A stretch of 64,000 nt of DNA from an uncultured Actinomycetota bacterium. GTDB taxonomy: Bacteria > Actinomycetota > Actinomycetes > Propionibacteriales > Nocardioidaceae. A model generated the notes under the pieces. It was not told the origin of the DNA. It saw only the letters and a list, made by a program, of their open reading frames with translations, and made no database searches. Below, in pieces: positions 27,445 to 38,213 of the stretch. The DNA is taken from contig CAWETD010000001.1 in the NCBI GenBank assembly GCA_963811945.1, forward strand, positions 1,500,428 through 1,564,427, read 5' to 3'. How positions within the stretch are numbered: the first letter of the stretch is position 1; the number at the start of each line of letters is the position of its first letter. The position numbers and the translations under genes are program-made.

Positions 27445-28572
27445 ATGCCGCTGAGCAGACGCACGCTCGGCGACGTGGCGCTGGCGGCGGTGGTGCTGGT
27501 CGTCGCCGTGGTCGGCACCCTCGGCGCCGAGCACGCCAGCGGAGCCGACACCGCGATGGACGCCCGCGGCTACGCGCTGCTGGTGCCCGCGGCCGCCGTG
27601 CTGGTCATCCGTCGATGGTCGCCGCTGCTCACCCTCGGCGTCACGACGGCACTGACCACGGCCTACCTGCTGCTGGAGTACCCGTACGGCCCGATCCTGC
27701 TGGCGTTCGCGGTGGCGGTCTACACGGTCGCGCGGCACCTCCCGCTCGTACCGGCGGCGACGGCGTCGCTGGTGGCACTGCTGGTGCTGCTCACCCACCT
27801 GCTGACCAACGACGCCGCCCTGCCGGGTGCGCTCGGCCTGGTCCCCGGGTCGGCCTGGGCGGTCGTGCCGTTCGCGATCGGCGTCACGACCCGGGTCACC
27901 CGCGAGTCCGCCGCCCGGGCCCGCGCCGAGGCGGTACGCCAGCGCGTCGACGACGAGCGGCTGCGGGTGGCTCAGGAGGTCCACGACGTCGTCGGGCACG
28001 GGCTCGCGGCCATCAAGATGCAGGCCGACGTCGCCCTGCACGTGCTGTCGCAGCGTCCGGAACAGGCCGGGACGGCGCTGCAGGCGATCAGCAAGACCAG
28101 TACCGAGGCGCTCACCGAGCTCCGCGCGACCCTCGGTCTCGTGCGTCAGGGTGCGACCGAGGCCACCCGCTCACCCACCCCCGGTCTGAGGCAGCTGGAC
28201 GAGCTGCGCCAGCGGATGGGTTCCGCGGGCGTCCGGGTCGACCTCGAGGAGACCGGCAGCGGCGAGGACCTGTCCCCCGCGGTCGACCTGGCGAGCTACC
28301 GCGTCGTCCAGGAGTCGCTGACCAACGTGCTGCGACACAGCGGCTCCAGCCTTGCCACGGTCCGGATCGCGCACCAGGCTGACGCGGTGCTCATCACCGT
28401 GTCCAACCGGCTGGAGGCGACGGCACCGTCGCCCTCGCCGTCACCCGACGGCATGGGCATCAGCGGCATGCGCCAGCGGGTCACCGCCCTCGGTGGCGAG
28501 CTGACCGCAGGCCCGACCACCGACGGCCGGTTCGAGGTACGGGCCCGGCTGCCCAAGGGCGCCCGCCCGTGA
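27445..28572 (+). CDS. Sensor histidine kinase (HisKA_3/DesK-LiaS type)
   Basis: Membrane-embedded N-terminus, H-box VAQEVHDVVGHGLAAIKMQ, and HATPase region ESLTNVLRHS...GMGISGMRQR. Confidence 0.85.
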   Translation: MPLSRRTLGDVALAAVVLVVAVVGTLGAEHASGADTAMDARGYALLVPAAAVLVIRRWSPLLTLGVTTALTTAYLLLEYPYGPILLAFAVAVYTVARHLPLVPAATASLVALLVLLTHLLTNDAALPGALGLVPGSAWAVVPFAIGVTTRVTRESAARARAEAVRQRVDDERLRVAQEVHDVVGHGLAAIKMQADVALHVLSQRPEQAGTALQAISKTSTEALTELRATLGLVRQGATEATRSPTPGLRQLDELRQRMGSAGVRVDLEETGSGEDLSPAVDLASYRVVQESLTNVLRHSGSSLATVRIAHQADAVLITVSNRLEATAPSPSPSPDGMGISGMRQRVTALGGELTAGPTTDGRFEVRARLPKGARP

Positions 28573-29222
28573 TCGACGTGCTCGTCGTCGACGACCAGGA
28601 CCTCGTCCGGCTCGGCCTGCGGACCCTGGTCGAGAGCGAGGACGACCTCAGCTTCGCGGGCGAGGCGGCCGACGGGCTGGCGGCGGTCGCCGCGGTCCGC
28701 GAACACCGACCGGACGTCGTGCTGATGGACATCCGGATGCCCGGTGTCGACGGCCTGGAGGCCACCCGACGCATCGCCGCCGACCCGGAGCTCACAGCCA
28801 GCAAGGTCATCGTGCTCACGACGTTCGAGCTGGACGAGTACGTCTTCGACGCGCTGCGCTACGGCGCCAGCGGCTTCCTGCTCAAGGACACCTCCCCCGC
28901 GGACCTGCTGCAGGCCATCCGGCTGGTCGCCGGGGGCGAGGCGCTGCTGTCGCCGTCGGTGACCCGGCGGGTGATCCGGGAGTTCGCCGCGCAGCCGGCC
29001 CGACGGCCGAAGCCCCATCCCCGGCTGAGCACCCTGACGCCGCGCGAGCTCGAGATCGTCGCCCTGGTGGCCGAGGGCCTGACCAACGACGAGATCGCCG
29101 ACCGGCTGGTGGTCAGCCCGGCCACCGCGCGTACGCACGTCAGCCGGGCCATGATCAAGCTCGGCGCCCGCGACCGCGCCCAGCTCGTCGTCTTCGCGTA
29201 CCAGTCCGGGCTGGCGAGCTAA
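28569..29222 (+). CDS. LuxR/NarL-family response regulator
   Basis: Receiver domain (VLVVDDQDLVR...DVVLMDIRMPGVDG) plus a LuxR HTH (LTPRELEIVALVAEGLTNDEIADRLVVSPATARTHV). Confidence 0.9.
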   Translation: MIDVLVVDDQDLVRLGLRTLVESEDDLSFAGEAADGLAAVAAVREHRPDVVLMDIRMPGVDGLEATRRIAADPELTASKVIVLTTFELDEYVFDALRYGASGFLLKDTSPADLLQAIRLVAGGEALLSPSVTRRVIREFAAQPARRPKPHPRLSTLTPRELEIVALVAEGLTNDEIADRLVVSPATARTHVSRAMIKLGARDRAQLVVFAYQSGLAS

Positions 29223-29860
29223 CGGACCCCGCGTGGCCGGAACTGCACGCTGATCCGCGGTCCGACCGGGCGGGCGGTCTTGGGCACCGCGTGGTCCCAC
29301 GTGCGCTGGCACGACCCGCCCATGACGAACAGGTCGCCGGGACCGAGTGCGAACCGCAGCGAGGTGCCGCCGCCACGCGGGCGGAGCAACAGGTTCCGGG
29401 GCGCACCGAGCGACACGATCGCGACGAGGGTGTCCCGGTGCCGACTCCGGCCGATCCGGTCGCCGTGCCAGGCGACGCTGTCGCGCCCGTCGCGGTAGTA
29501 GCACAGCCCCGCGGTGCGGAACGGCTCGCCGAGCTCGTCGGCGTAGTGCGCGCTCAGCGCGTCCCGCGCCTCGTCGAGCGCCGCGTCGGGCAGCGGGTCC
29601 TGCTCGCCGTAGAAGCACAGCAGCCGCGGCACGTCGACCTCGCGGTCGTACATCTGGCGTCGCTCGCCGTGCCAGGGCACCGATGTGACCAGCCGCTCGA
29701 ACAGCAGGTCGGCGCCGTGCACCCACGACCGGTGCACGTCGACCCAGGCGCCCTCGGTGAGCGTCGTCCGCTCGGTGTCGCGGCCCAGCGGGCCCAGCGC
29801 CGTCTGTTCCGCGTCGTCGAGCAGGGAGGGCTGCAGGATCGGAGCCATGGCGTCGAGCAT
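29219..29860 (-). CDS. AlkB-like 2OG-Fe(II) dioxygenase
   Basis: AlkB-type motifs are present: YRDGRDSVAWHGDRIG, VSLGAPRNLLLRP, RTWDHAVPK and RISVQFR. Confidence 0.8.
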   Translation of the reverse strand: MLDAMAPILQPSLLDDAEQTALGPLGRDTERTTLTEGAWVDVHRSWVHGADLLFERLVTSVPWHGERRQMYDREVDVPRLLCFYGEQDPLPDAALDEARDALSAHYADELGEPFRTAGLCYYRDGRDSVAWHGDRIGRSRHRDTLVAIVSLGAPRNLLLRPRGGGTSLRFALGPGDLFVMGGSCQRTWDHAVPKTARPVGPRISVQFRPRGVR

Positions 29861-29938
29861 ACCTCGTCAGTCGAACACGCGTTCGATCAGAGGCCGATGT
29901 CGTGCTGCGATTCGCGGCCGACGCGCTGTCCTGATCCG

Positions 29939-30841
29939 CTAGCCCGCCGGGGCGCGGTGCTCGGTCAGCAGCTCGCGAGCGGCCGGCGCCACCTCGCGGC
30001 CGTAGCGCTCCAGCACCGCGGGGTCGTCGCTGGACAGGATGAAGGCGCTGACGCCGTACGTCACCGCCAGCTCGACGATGTCTTGCGCCCACGCTGCCGG
30101 CGGGCCGTGCAGCAGGCCGGCGCGCTCGGCGACGAACTCGCCCGAGACATTGACCAGCCGGCGCACCGCTGACGGGTCCCGACCGGCAGCAGCGGCAGCA
30201 TCGTCGATCGTCCGATTCATCGGCTCGAGTGCCTGCGGGCCACCGAGTCCGTTCAGCGTCGGCAGCCATCCGTCGGCGAGCCGTCCGACCAGGCGCAGCA
30301 TCCGCGGCCCGTACGCACCGACCCAGATCGCCGGCGGGTGCGCCGGCGCCGGGCCGCGCTTGGCGCCGGTGAGCTGGTAGTGCCGCCCGTCCAGCCGGAC
30401 GCCGCCGCGGGTTTCGGTGTCCCAGATCTGCCGGATGACGTCGATCGCCTCCTCCAGCGCCTCCACGGCAGCGCCCGGCGTGCGCCGGGGGCCGCCCATC
30501 GCCTCGATCGCGTCCCAGAAACCGCCGGTGCCGATCCCGAGCTCGACCCTGCCGCCGCTGAGCAGGTCGAGCGAGGCGACGCTGCGGGCAAGCACTGCCG
30601 GCTGCCGCAGCGGGAGGTTGGTCACGTTCGCGCTGAGCCGGATCGTGTCGGTGCGCGCGGCGACGTACGCCATCAGGGTCCAGGTGTCGAGGAACCGCGG
30701 CTGGTACGGATGGTCCTGGAACGTCACCAGGTCGAGCCCCGCGCGCTCGCAGACCCGGGCCAGCTCCACGGTCTCGGCGGGCGCCAGCGCCGAGGGGGTG
30801 AGGAAGGACCCGAACAACAGGTCGTGCCCGTAGTCCGGCAT
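29939..30841 (-). CDS. LLM-class (luciferase-like) F420/flavin-dependent oxidoreductase
   Basis: FGSFLTP...VTFQDHPY...GGRVELGIGTG is typical of the LLM family. Confidence 0.8.
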   Translation of the reverse strand: MPDYGHDLLFGSFLTPSALAPAETVELARVCERAGLDLVTFQDHPYQPRFLDTWTLMAYVAARTDTIRLSANVTNLPLRQPAVLARSVASLDLLSGGRVELGIGTGGFWDAIEAMGGPRRTPGAAVEALEEAIDVIRQIWDTETRGGVRLDGRHYQLTGAKRGPAPAHPPAIWVGAYGPRMLRLVGRLADGWLPTLNGLGGPQALEPMNRTIDDAAAAAGRDPSAVRRLVNVSGEFVAERAGLLHGPPAAWAQDIVELAVTYGVSAFILSSDDPAVLERYGREVAPAARELLTEHRAPAG

Positions 30842-32780
30842 GACGTCCTCCGATCGAGCTCCGCTGCTGACTGACGGATCAGTTTAGGTCTGCGACCATC
30901 ACCGCATGCGGTACGCAGCCATCGGCATTGTCGCCCTCGCGCTGATGGCGTCCACCGTCGGGCATCAGCCTGACCTCGCGGCGGGCACGACACCGGCCGT
31001 GGCGCCGACGGCCGGTGACGACTGCCGGGACGCACCGCGGATCGTGTGCGGGCACGTCACGGTGCCGATGGACCGGCGCGACCCGGCCGAGGGAAGGCTG
31101 GACGTGACGTACCAGGTGCTCCCCGCGCGCGGCGAGAGCCGCGGCACGATCCTGGCGACCGAGGGCGGACCCGGGTACTCGTCCATCGCGAGCACCCGCT
31201 GGTACCGGGACCTGTTCCAGCCGTTGCTCGCGCACCGCGACCTGCTCATCGTCGACCTGCGCGGCACCGGGAGCTCCGGGGCGATCAACTGCCCCCAGCT
31301 GCAGGCGTACGCCGGTGACTACGTCACTGCCGTGGGCCGGTGCGGCCGCCGGCTCGGCAGCACCAGCGACCTCTACGGCTCACGGATGGCGTCGCTCGAC
31401 GTCGCCGCCGTCCTCGACCACCTCGGGATCGACCGCGTCGACCTCTACGGCGACTCCTACGGCACGTTCTTCGCCCAGACGTTCGCGGTGCGGCACCCCG
31501 ACCGGGTGCGCAGCGTGGTGCTCGACTCGGCGTACTTCGTCGACAGCGCAGACCCCTTCTACCCCGACGCCAACCGCGCACTGCGCCAGGCGTTCCGGGT
31601 CGTGTGCCAGCGCGACCGGGAGTGCGCGCGGCACCCGGGTGAGCCGCTGGACCGGATCCGGCGGCTGGTCCACCGGGTACGTCACGATCCCATCGTCGGC
31701 CGCGCGCAGAACGGTGACGGAGTGGTGCGCCGCATCGTGGTCGACGTCAACGGTGTCGTGTCGCTGCTGACGGCCGGCTCCGGCAACCCCAGCACGTACC
31801 GCGAGGTCGACGCCGCGATCCGCGCTGCGCTGCGACCGCGGCCGTACGACCTGCCGCTGCTGCGCCTCGCCCGCGAGTCGCTGTGGGAGGGCGGCGCCGG
31901 GCCGTACGAGACGTACTCGGAGGGCCTGTTCCTCGCCGTCAGCTGCAACGACTACCCGCAGCCGTTCGACATCACCGCGCCGATCGCGGACCGCCCCGCG
32001 CAGTACGAGCAGACGCTGCGGCGGCTGCATCGCAGCACGCCACACGTCTTCCGGCCGTTCACCGTCCGCGAGTGGGCAGGCTCCGACTTCGGCTACTTCG
32101 ACTCCTGCCTGCGCTGGCCGGCGCCGAGCCGGTGGGTGCACCCGGTGCCGCCGCACGCGGTGTACCCGGACGTGCCGGTGCTCGTGCTCGCAGGAGAGCT
32201 CGACTCCAACACGTCGCCGGAAGGGGCACGCGACACCGCGGCGGCGTTCCCCGACTCCACCTACGTCGAGGTGCACAACACCACGCACGTCACGGCGACC
32301 GAGGACTTCGACAGCTGCGCGTCCCTGATCGTGCGCCGGTTCGTCCGCACCCTGGACGCGGGCGACACCTCGTGCGCGGCCGAGCGCCGGCCGCTGCGGC
32401 TGGTGGACCGGTTCGCCCGTACGACCGAGCACCTGCCCTGGCAGGGCCCACGGCACCGCACCGCGCGCGCGGCAGCCTCCACCGTTGCCGACGTGCACGC
32501 GCGCTGGTACGCGATGTTCGGCTACTCGGGCGTGGGGCTCCGCGGCGGCAGCTTCGACCTCGAGGGCGGCTCGTTCACCGCGCGACCGTCGGTGGTGCGC
32601 TGGGAGCTCGACCACGTGCGCTGGGTGCGCGACCTCGCCGTCACCGGCGTCATGAGGTGGAACCGTCGCAGTGGCGCCGTGACCGCGCGGGTGCGGGTCG
32701 ACGGCACAGGTGCGGCGCCGGGGCGGCTGCTGCTGCGGTGGAACGACTCCGAGACCCAGCCGGTAGCCACCGCCACCGGA

Positions 32781-34358
<1,578 letters not shown>

Positions 34359-34387
34359 ACAGAGGGCGAGCCCCCTGTGTCCTGTGG

Positions 34388-34807
34388 TCAGCGGGTCAAG
34401 AAGCCGTCGGCGATGCTCACCTGCCACTGGTGCCCGTCAGGATCGGCGAACACGCCGGCGTAACCCCACTCCTGTTCCCCGGCCTCCATGACCGGCTGGG
34501 CTCCGGCTTCGTGAGCCCGACGCAGCAGGTCGTCGACCTCGGCCGGGGTTGGCAGTCCGATCAGGAACTGGCACTCGTGCGTGCTCTTGGGCGATCGCTT
34601 GCGACCACCGATCACCCAGCCGAAGCCGGTCCGTGGGATCAGCATCAGCCGCAAGCCGCCGCTGATCTGGAACTGCAGTGGCTCGGGCAGGCCGTCGTCG
34701 GCCAGGTCACCGAACGCTGAGAACCCGAGGGCGGTGTAGAACGTGTGTGACACGGAGCGATCCGCGATGGGCAGACAGACCGTGGCTCGGTCGAGCGTCA
34801 CAGCCAA
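34388..34807 (-). CDS. VOC/glyoxalase-bleomycin-resistance family protein
   Basis: 139 aa with a VOC-like fold pattern. The C-terminal YAGVFADPDGHQWQV is typical. Confidence 0.75.
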   Translation of the reverse strand: MAVTLDRATVCLPIADRSVSHTFYTALGFSAFGDLADDGLPEPLQFQISGGLRLMLIPRTGFGWVIGGRKRSPKSTHECQFLIGLPTPAEVDDLLRRAHEAGAQPVMEAGEQEWGYAGVFADPDGHQWQVSIADGFLTR

Positions 34808-34813
34808 ACCTCC

Positions 34814-35179
34814 TCAGGCCTTCACGTAGCCGCGTGCCTCGACGATCCTGCCGTCGCGGATGCGGATGAGGTTCACGCCGCGGACCCGGTCGTGCTCGCC
34901 GTTGCCCCATTGCAGAACCCACGGTGCGACGGCGAGGTCACCGAGGATCTCCGCCGGCTCCGTCGAGAAGCGCAGAGCATGGTTGCCCGCGAGCTCGGAC
35001 CAGCGCGCCAGGCACGCTCGACCGCCCTCATGACGTGCTCCGTCCGGAGCCGGGGTCGTGTCCTCGATGACGCATTCGTCTGCCACCAGATCCTCCAGAA
35101 GAGCCGGATCGTGCACACGGAACGCCCGGTTGTACTGGTCCAGGACCTCACGGGTGGTGCGGGCTGTCGTTGTCATCAT
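34814..35179 (-). CDS. SnoaL-like/NTF2-family protein
   Basis: 121 aa. VLDQYNRAFRVHDPALLEDLVADECVIED...IRIRDGRIVEARGY is typical of SnoaL-like proteins. Confidence 0.75.
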   Translation of the reverse strand: MMTTTARTTREVLDQYNRAFRVHDPALLEDLVADECVIEDTTPAPDGARHEGGRACLARWSELAGNHALRFSTEPAEILGDLAVAPWVLQWGNGEHDRVRGVNLIRIRDGRIVEARGYVKA

Positions 35180-35201
35180 CCGGCGCTCCTCGAATAGCAG
35201 G

Positions 35202-35243
35202 TAGATCGATCGGTCTATCGACGATAATAGAACGGTCGGTCTA
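35202..35243. promoter_or_regulatory. Two 16-bp operator-like half-palindromic repeats: TAGATCGATCGGTCTA (35202-35217) and TAGAACGGTCGGTCTA (35228-35243)
   Basis: Read directly. They lie between the SnoaL start and a tetR-like fragment, in an unusually AT-rich spacer. Confidence 0.35.
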
Positions 35244-35249
35244 CTGTCA

Positions 35250-35493
35250 ATGGCCTGTCCTGCTGCAGCCGACGGTCCGGGGATCGGCGTCGACGCGATC
35301 CTGAAGGAGGCCGGTGTGGCGCGGCGTGTTGCAGGTCCCGCACGACCCGATCTGCAGAGCCCGCGTCAGCGAGGAGTTGGACGTGCCTGCGACGCTGCTG
35401 CGGCTGGACGGCCACGTGGCGTGGATCGACGATGGCCAGCAGGATCTGCCCAGCCAGTTGCGCGCCTGTTCGGTGCGTCCGTCAGCTGAACGC
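35250..35493 (+). pseudogene. Gene debris: a tetR-like HTH fragment fused to a second copy of the rox 3' end
   Basis: GIGVDAILKEAGVARR resembles a TetR N-terminal HTH. Positions 35365-35493 align at about 80% with 34234-34360 ([25 protein letters not shown] versus [25 protein letters not shown]). Confidence 0.5.
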
Positions 35494-35580
35494 AGCTGCT
35501 TGAAACGGATGCTGATTCGCCTTGTGGACAAGGCCATTCGGTGTCGGGGGAGTGTCGGTGGCCGGGTCTAGGTTGGTGTC

Positions 35581-36895
35581 ATGTCCGACCAGCCGATCAG
35601 TCCCGCCGCGCACCCGGTGGCCGAGCTGTGTCGGCGGTTGGGTGCCCGGCTGGACGAGGTGGGCGACCCGGCCCTGTGGTCAGTCGGGGATTCGGAGCTG
35701 GGCGGGCTGGTCCGGAACCTGGACGTGCAGATCCGCCGGTTGCAGGCCTGGCAGACCAAGACCGTGGCCGAGGCGGCCCGGCGGGACTTGGCCAAGACGG
35801 TCGGGGCGACCTCGACGACCGGGTGGTTGGCCGGCACGCTGACCGCCCGCCCGGCCCGGGCCCGCCAGCTCACCACCCTCGCATCGGAGCTTGATCACGG
35901 TTTGGGCGCGACGGTGGCGGCGTTCGGGGCTGGTGGGATCGATGCCGACCAGGCGCGGGTGATCGCCGACGCGGTGCACGCCCTGCCCGCCGAGGTCGGC
36001 GAGCGGGTCCGCCGTGAGGCCGAGGCGTTCCTGCTCAACCAAGCCGAGGTTCATCCCGCCCACGTGCTGGCAGGGCTCGCCGCCCACGTCCTGGACCACA
36101 TCGCCCCTGAGTTCGCCGAAGAGAAGCTGAGCGGAACAGCTCGCCCGCGACGACGCCAGGGATGAGACCCGGGCGAACACGTTCACCGCCCACCCCGACC
36201 ACCGGGGAAGGATGCGGCTGCGCGGCGAGCTCGACCCCGAGTCCTGGGCGTTGGTCTCCGCCGCATTGGAACCGTTCGCCAAACCCAGCTCGAGCGTGCA
36301 ACCAGATGGACGGACCGAAACCGACCGGCGCACCGTCGGGCAACGCCGGGCCGACGCCCTGGTCGAGATCGCCCGCCGCACCCTGGGCTCGGACCAGACG
36401 CCGACCTCGTTCGGGTTCCCCGCCCACCTGGCCGTCACCATCGGCTACCACCAACTCCAAGCAGCGACAGGGGTCGGCACGCTGGACACCGGCACCCCGC
36501 TGTCGGCCGAAGACATCCGCCGGATCGCCTGCGACACCACCATCCTGCCGGTGCTGCTCAACGGCCACGGGGTGCCGCTGGACGTCGGCCGGGCGATCCG
36601 GGTCTTCACCAAGGAACTCCGCCGGGCCGTCGAGATCCGCGACCTCGGCTGCGCGTTCCCCGGCTGCCCGCGTCCTGCCTCGTGGTGCAACGTGCACCAC
36701 ATCGTGCACTGGGCCGACGGCGGACCCACCAGCCTCGACAACGGGGTCCTGCTCTGCGGCACCCACCACCGGGTCATCCACCGCAACCAGTGGACCGTCC
36801 GACTCGGCAACGACCGCCGACCCGAGTTCCTTCCACCCACCTGGATCGACCCCGACCGAACACCCCGCCGCAACACCATGCACCTGCGGCTGTGA
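35581..36895 (+). pseudogene. DUF222 plus HNH endonuclease (REP13E12-like) gene disrupted by a frameshift near 36128-36131
   Basis: ORFs 35581-36165 and 36212-36895 are the two halves. The frame switches between ...EEKL and AEQLARDDARDETRANTF. The C-terminal half carries HNH motifs: CAFPGCPRPASWCNVHHIVHWADGGPTSLDNGVLLCGTHH. Confidence 0.8.
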
Positions 36896-36904
36896 GGCGG
36901 CGTG
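36833..36904 (+). repeat. Direct repeat Y (3' end of the HNH gene); its partner Y' is at 38124-38200
   Basis: The shared core gcaacaccatgcacctgcggctgtga...ggcggcgtg is identical in both copies. The flanking tggatcgaccc region is similar but contains indels. Confidence 0.8.
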
Positions 36905-36926
36905 GGCGCACGCAGCGCTAGCCGGC

Positions 36927-36973
36927 CGGCTGCGTAGCGATCGAGTGCGCTACCGGTTCCCCGCTCGTAAGCG
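36927..36973 (+). repeat. Direct repeat X' (a copy of the hydrolase 3' end)
   Basis: See repeat X. It would translate as ...DRVRYRFPA..., mirroring the hydrolase C-terminus SGDRVRYRFPAP. Confidence 0.85.
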
Positions 36974-37032
36974 GTGAGCGGTGTGGGAATGTTGTCGCGC
37001 TGCCCCGGTGCTGTTCTGAGAGGTGGTCGACC

Positions 37033-38076
37033 GTGAAGCGCCTGGTGATCTGTTGCGATGGCACGTGGAACACACCGACCCAGACCAAGCAGGGCATGGC
37101 GTATCCGACGAATGTCTTCAAGGTGAGCGACGCTGTGCGTGCTGACGCCGCCAACGGCGTTCGCCAGGTCCCGTACTACCACGAGGGCGTAGGAACCAAG
37201 GTCACGGAGCGCATCCGCGGCGGCCTCTTCGGGTTTGGACTGTCACGAGATGTTCAAGCCGCCTATCGGTTCGTCGTGGAGAACTTCGAGGACGGGGACG
37301 AGCTGTTCCTCTTCGGGTTCAGCCGGGGCGCGTACACGGCACGAAGCACAGCCGGGTTGATCCGCAACGCCGGCGTCCTGCGACGAGAGCATGCCGACCG
37401 CATCGCTGAGGCGTATTCGTTGTATCGCGACAGAAGGAGTGCTCCCAGGAGTGCGGAGGCCGAACGGTTCCGGCAGAGATACTCGGACGAGATCACGATC
37501 CGCTTCATCGGGGTCTGGGACACCGTCGGGGCTCTTGGCATCCCCCTCAGCGGCTTGAAGATCGTTGGTCTCGTCAACCGCCGCTGGGCGTTCCACGACA
37601 CCGACCTGAGCAGTCGCGTCGAGTCTGCCTACCAAGCCGTCGCCATCGATGAGCGCCGTTCTGCGTTCCGCCCGACACTGTGGAACCAGCAGGCACATTC
37701 CGAGGGCCAGACGTTGGAGCAGGTCTGGTTCAGCGGGGCCCACTCCGACGTGGGCGGGGGAGAACCCGACGGGCACCTGGGCGACCTCGCCTTGCGGTGG
37801 TTGGCCGGGCGTGCAAGCACACACGGCCTCGAGTTCACGGAGTCCTTCGCGGTAGCCAACGAAGCAGCCTTGGGCCCGCTGCACGACCAGTTTCGAGGCT
37901 TCTTCAGGCTCTTCGGGTCACACGAGCGACCGATCGGGGAGGCCGCGTCAGGCGCTGAGTCTGTTGCCTCAACGGCGGTGGAGCGACTTGAGGCCTTGCC
38001 GTCCTACGATGCCCCGACTCTGGCGTCGTATCTCAAGCAGCCCGAGCCGCGGGTCACTGACGTCAGTCAAGGCTAG
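37033..38076 (+). CDS. DUF2235 alpha/beta hydrolase (T6SS Tle1-type phospholipase family), 347 aa
   Basis: KRLVICCDGTWNTP, YHEGVGT, the LFGFSRGAYTARS nucleophile elbow and GVWDTVGALG are present. GC content is visibly lower than in surrounding genes. Confidence 0.85.
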   Translation: MKRLVICCDGTWNTPTQTKQGMAYPTNVFKVSDAVRADAANGVRQVPYYHEGVGTKVTERIRGGLFGFGLSRDVQAAYRFVVENFEDGDELFLFGFSRGAYTARSTAGLIRNAGVLRREHADRIAEAYSLYRDRRSAPRSAEAERFRQRYSDEITIRFIGVWDTVGALGIPLSGLKIVGLVNRRWAFHDTDLSSRVESAYQAVAIDERRSAFRPTLWNQQAHSEGQTLEQVWFSGAHSDVGGGEPDGHLGDLALRWLAGRASTHGLEFTESFAVANEAALGPLHDQFRGFFRLFGSHERPIGEAASGAESVASTAVERLEALPSYDAPTLASYLKQPEPRVTDVSQG

Positions 38077-38077
38077 A

Positions 38078-38123
38078 CCGAGGCGTGCCGGCCAAGCGTG
38101 CGGTCTGCCCACCCGAGTGGCGT
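38078..38123 (+). repeat. Direct repeat Z; its partner Z' is at 41108-41153
   Basis: accgaggcgtgccggccaagcgtgcggtctgcccacccgagtggcg versus acggacgcgtgccggccaatcgtgcggcccgcccacccggtgccgg. 39 of 46 positions are identical. Confidence 0.8.
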
Positions 38124-38200
38124 CCCACCGGTCTGGATGGATCGACCCACTGACAACCCCGACGCAACACCATGCACCTGCGGCTGTGACGGGCGGCGTG
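38124..38200 (+). repeat. Direct repeat Y' (an orphan HNH-gene 3'-end remnant)
   Basis: See repeat Y. There is no HNH ORF upstream of this copy. Confidence 0.8.
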
Positions 38201-38213
38201 CTCGGTATCGCCA

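Noticed and set aside
35250-35489. ORF 35250-35489 as a genuine small gene
   Set aside because: Only its first ~25 codons resemble anything (a TetR HTH). The remainder is out of frame with respect to the rox-like remnant. I treat it as debris.
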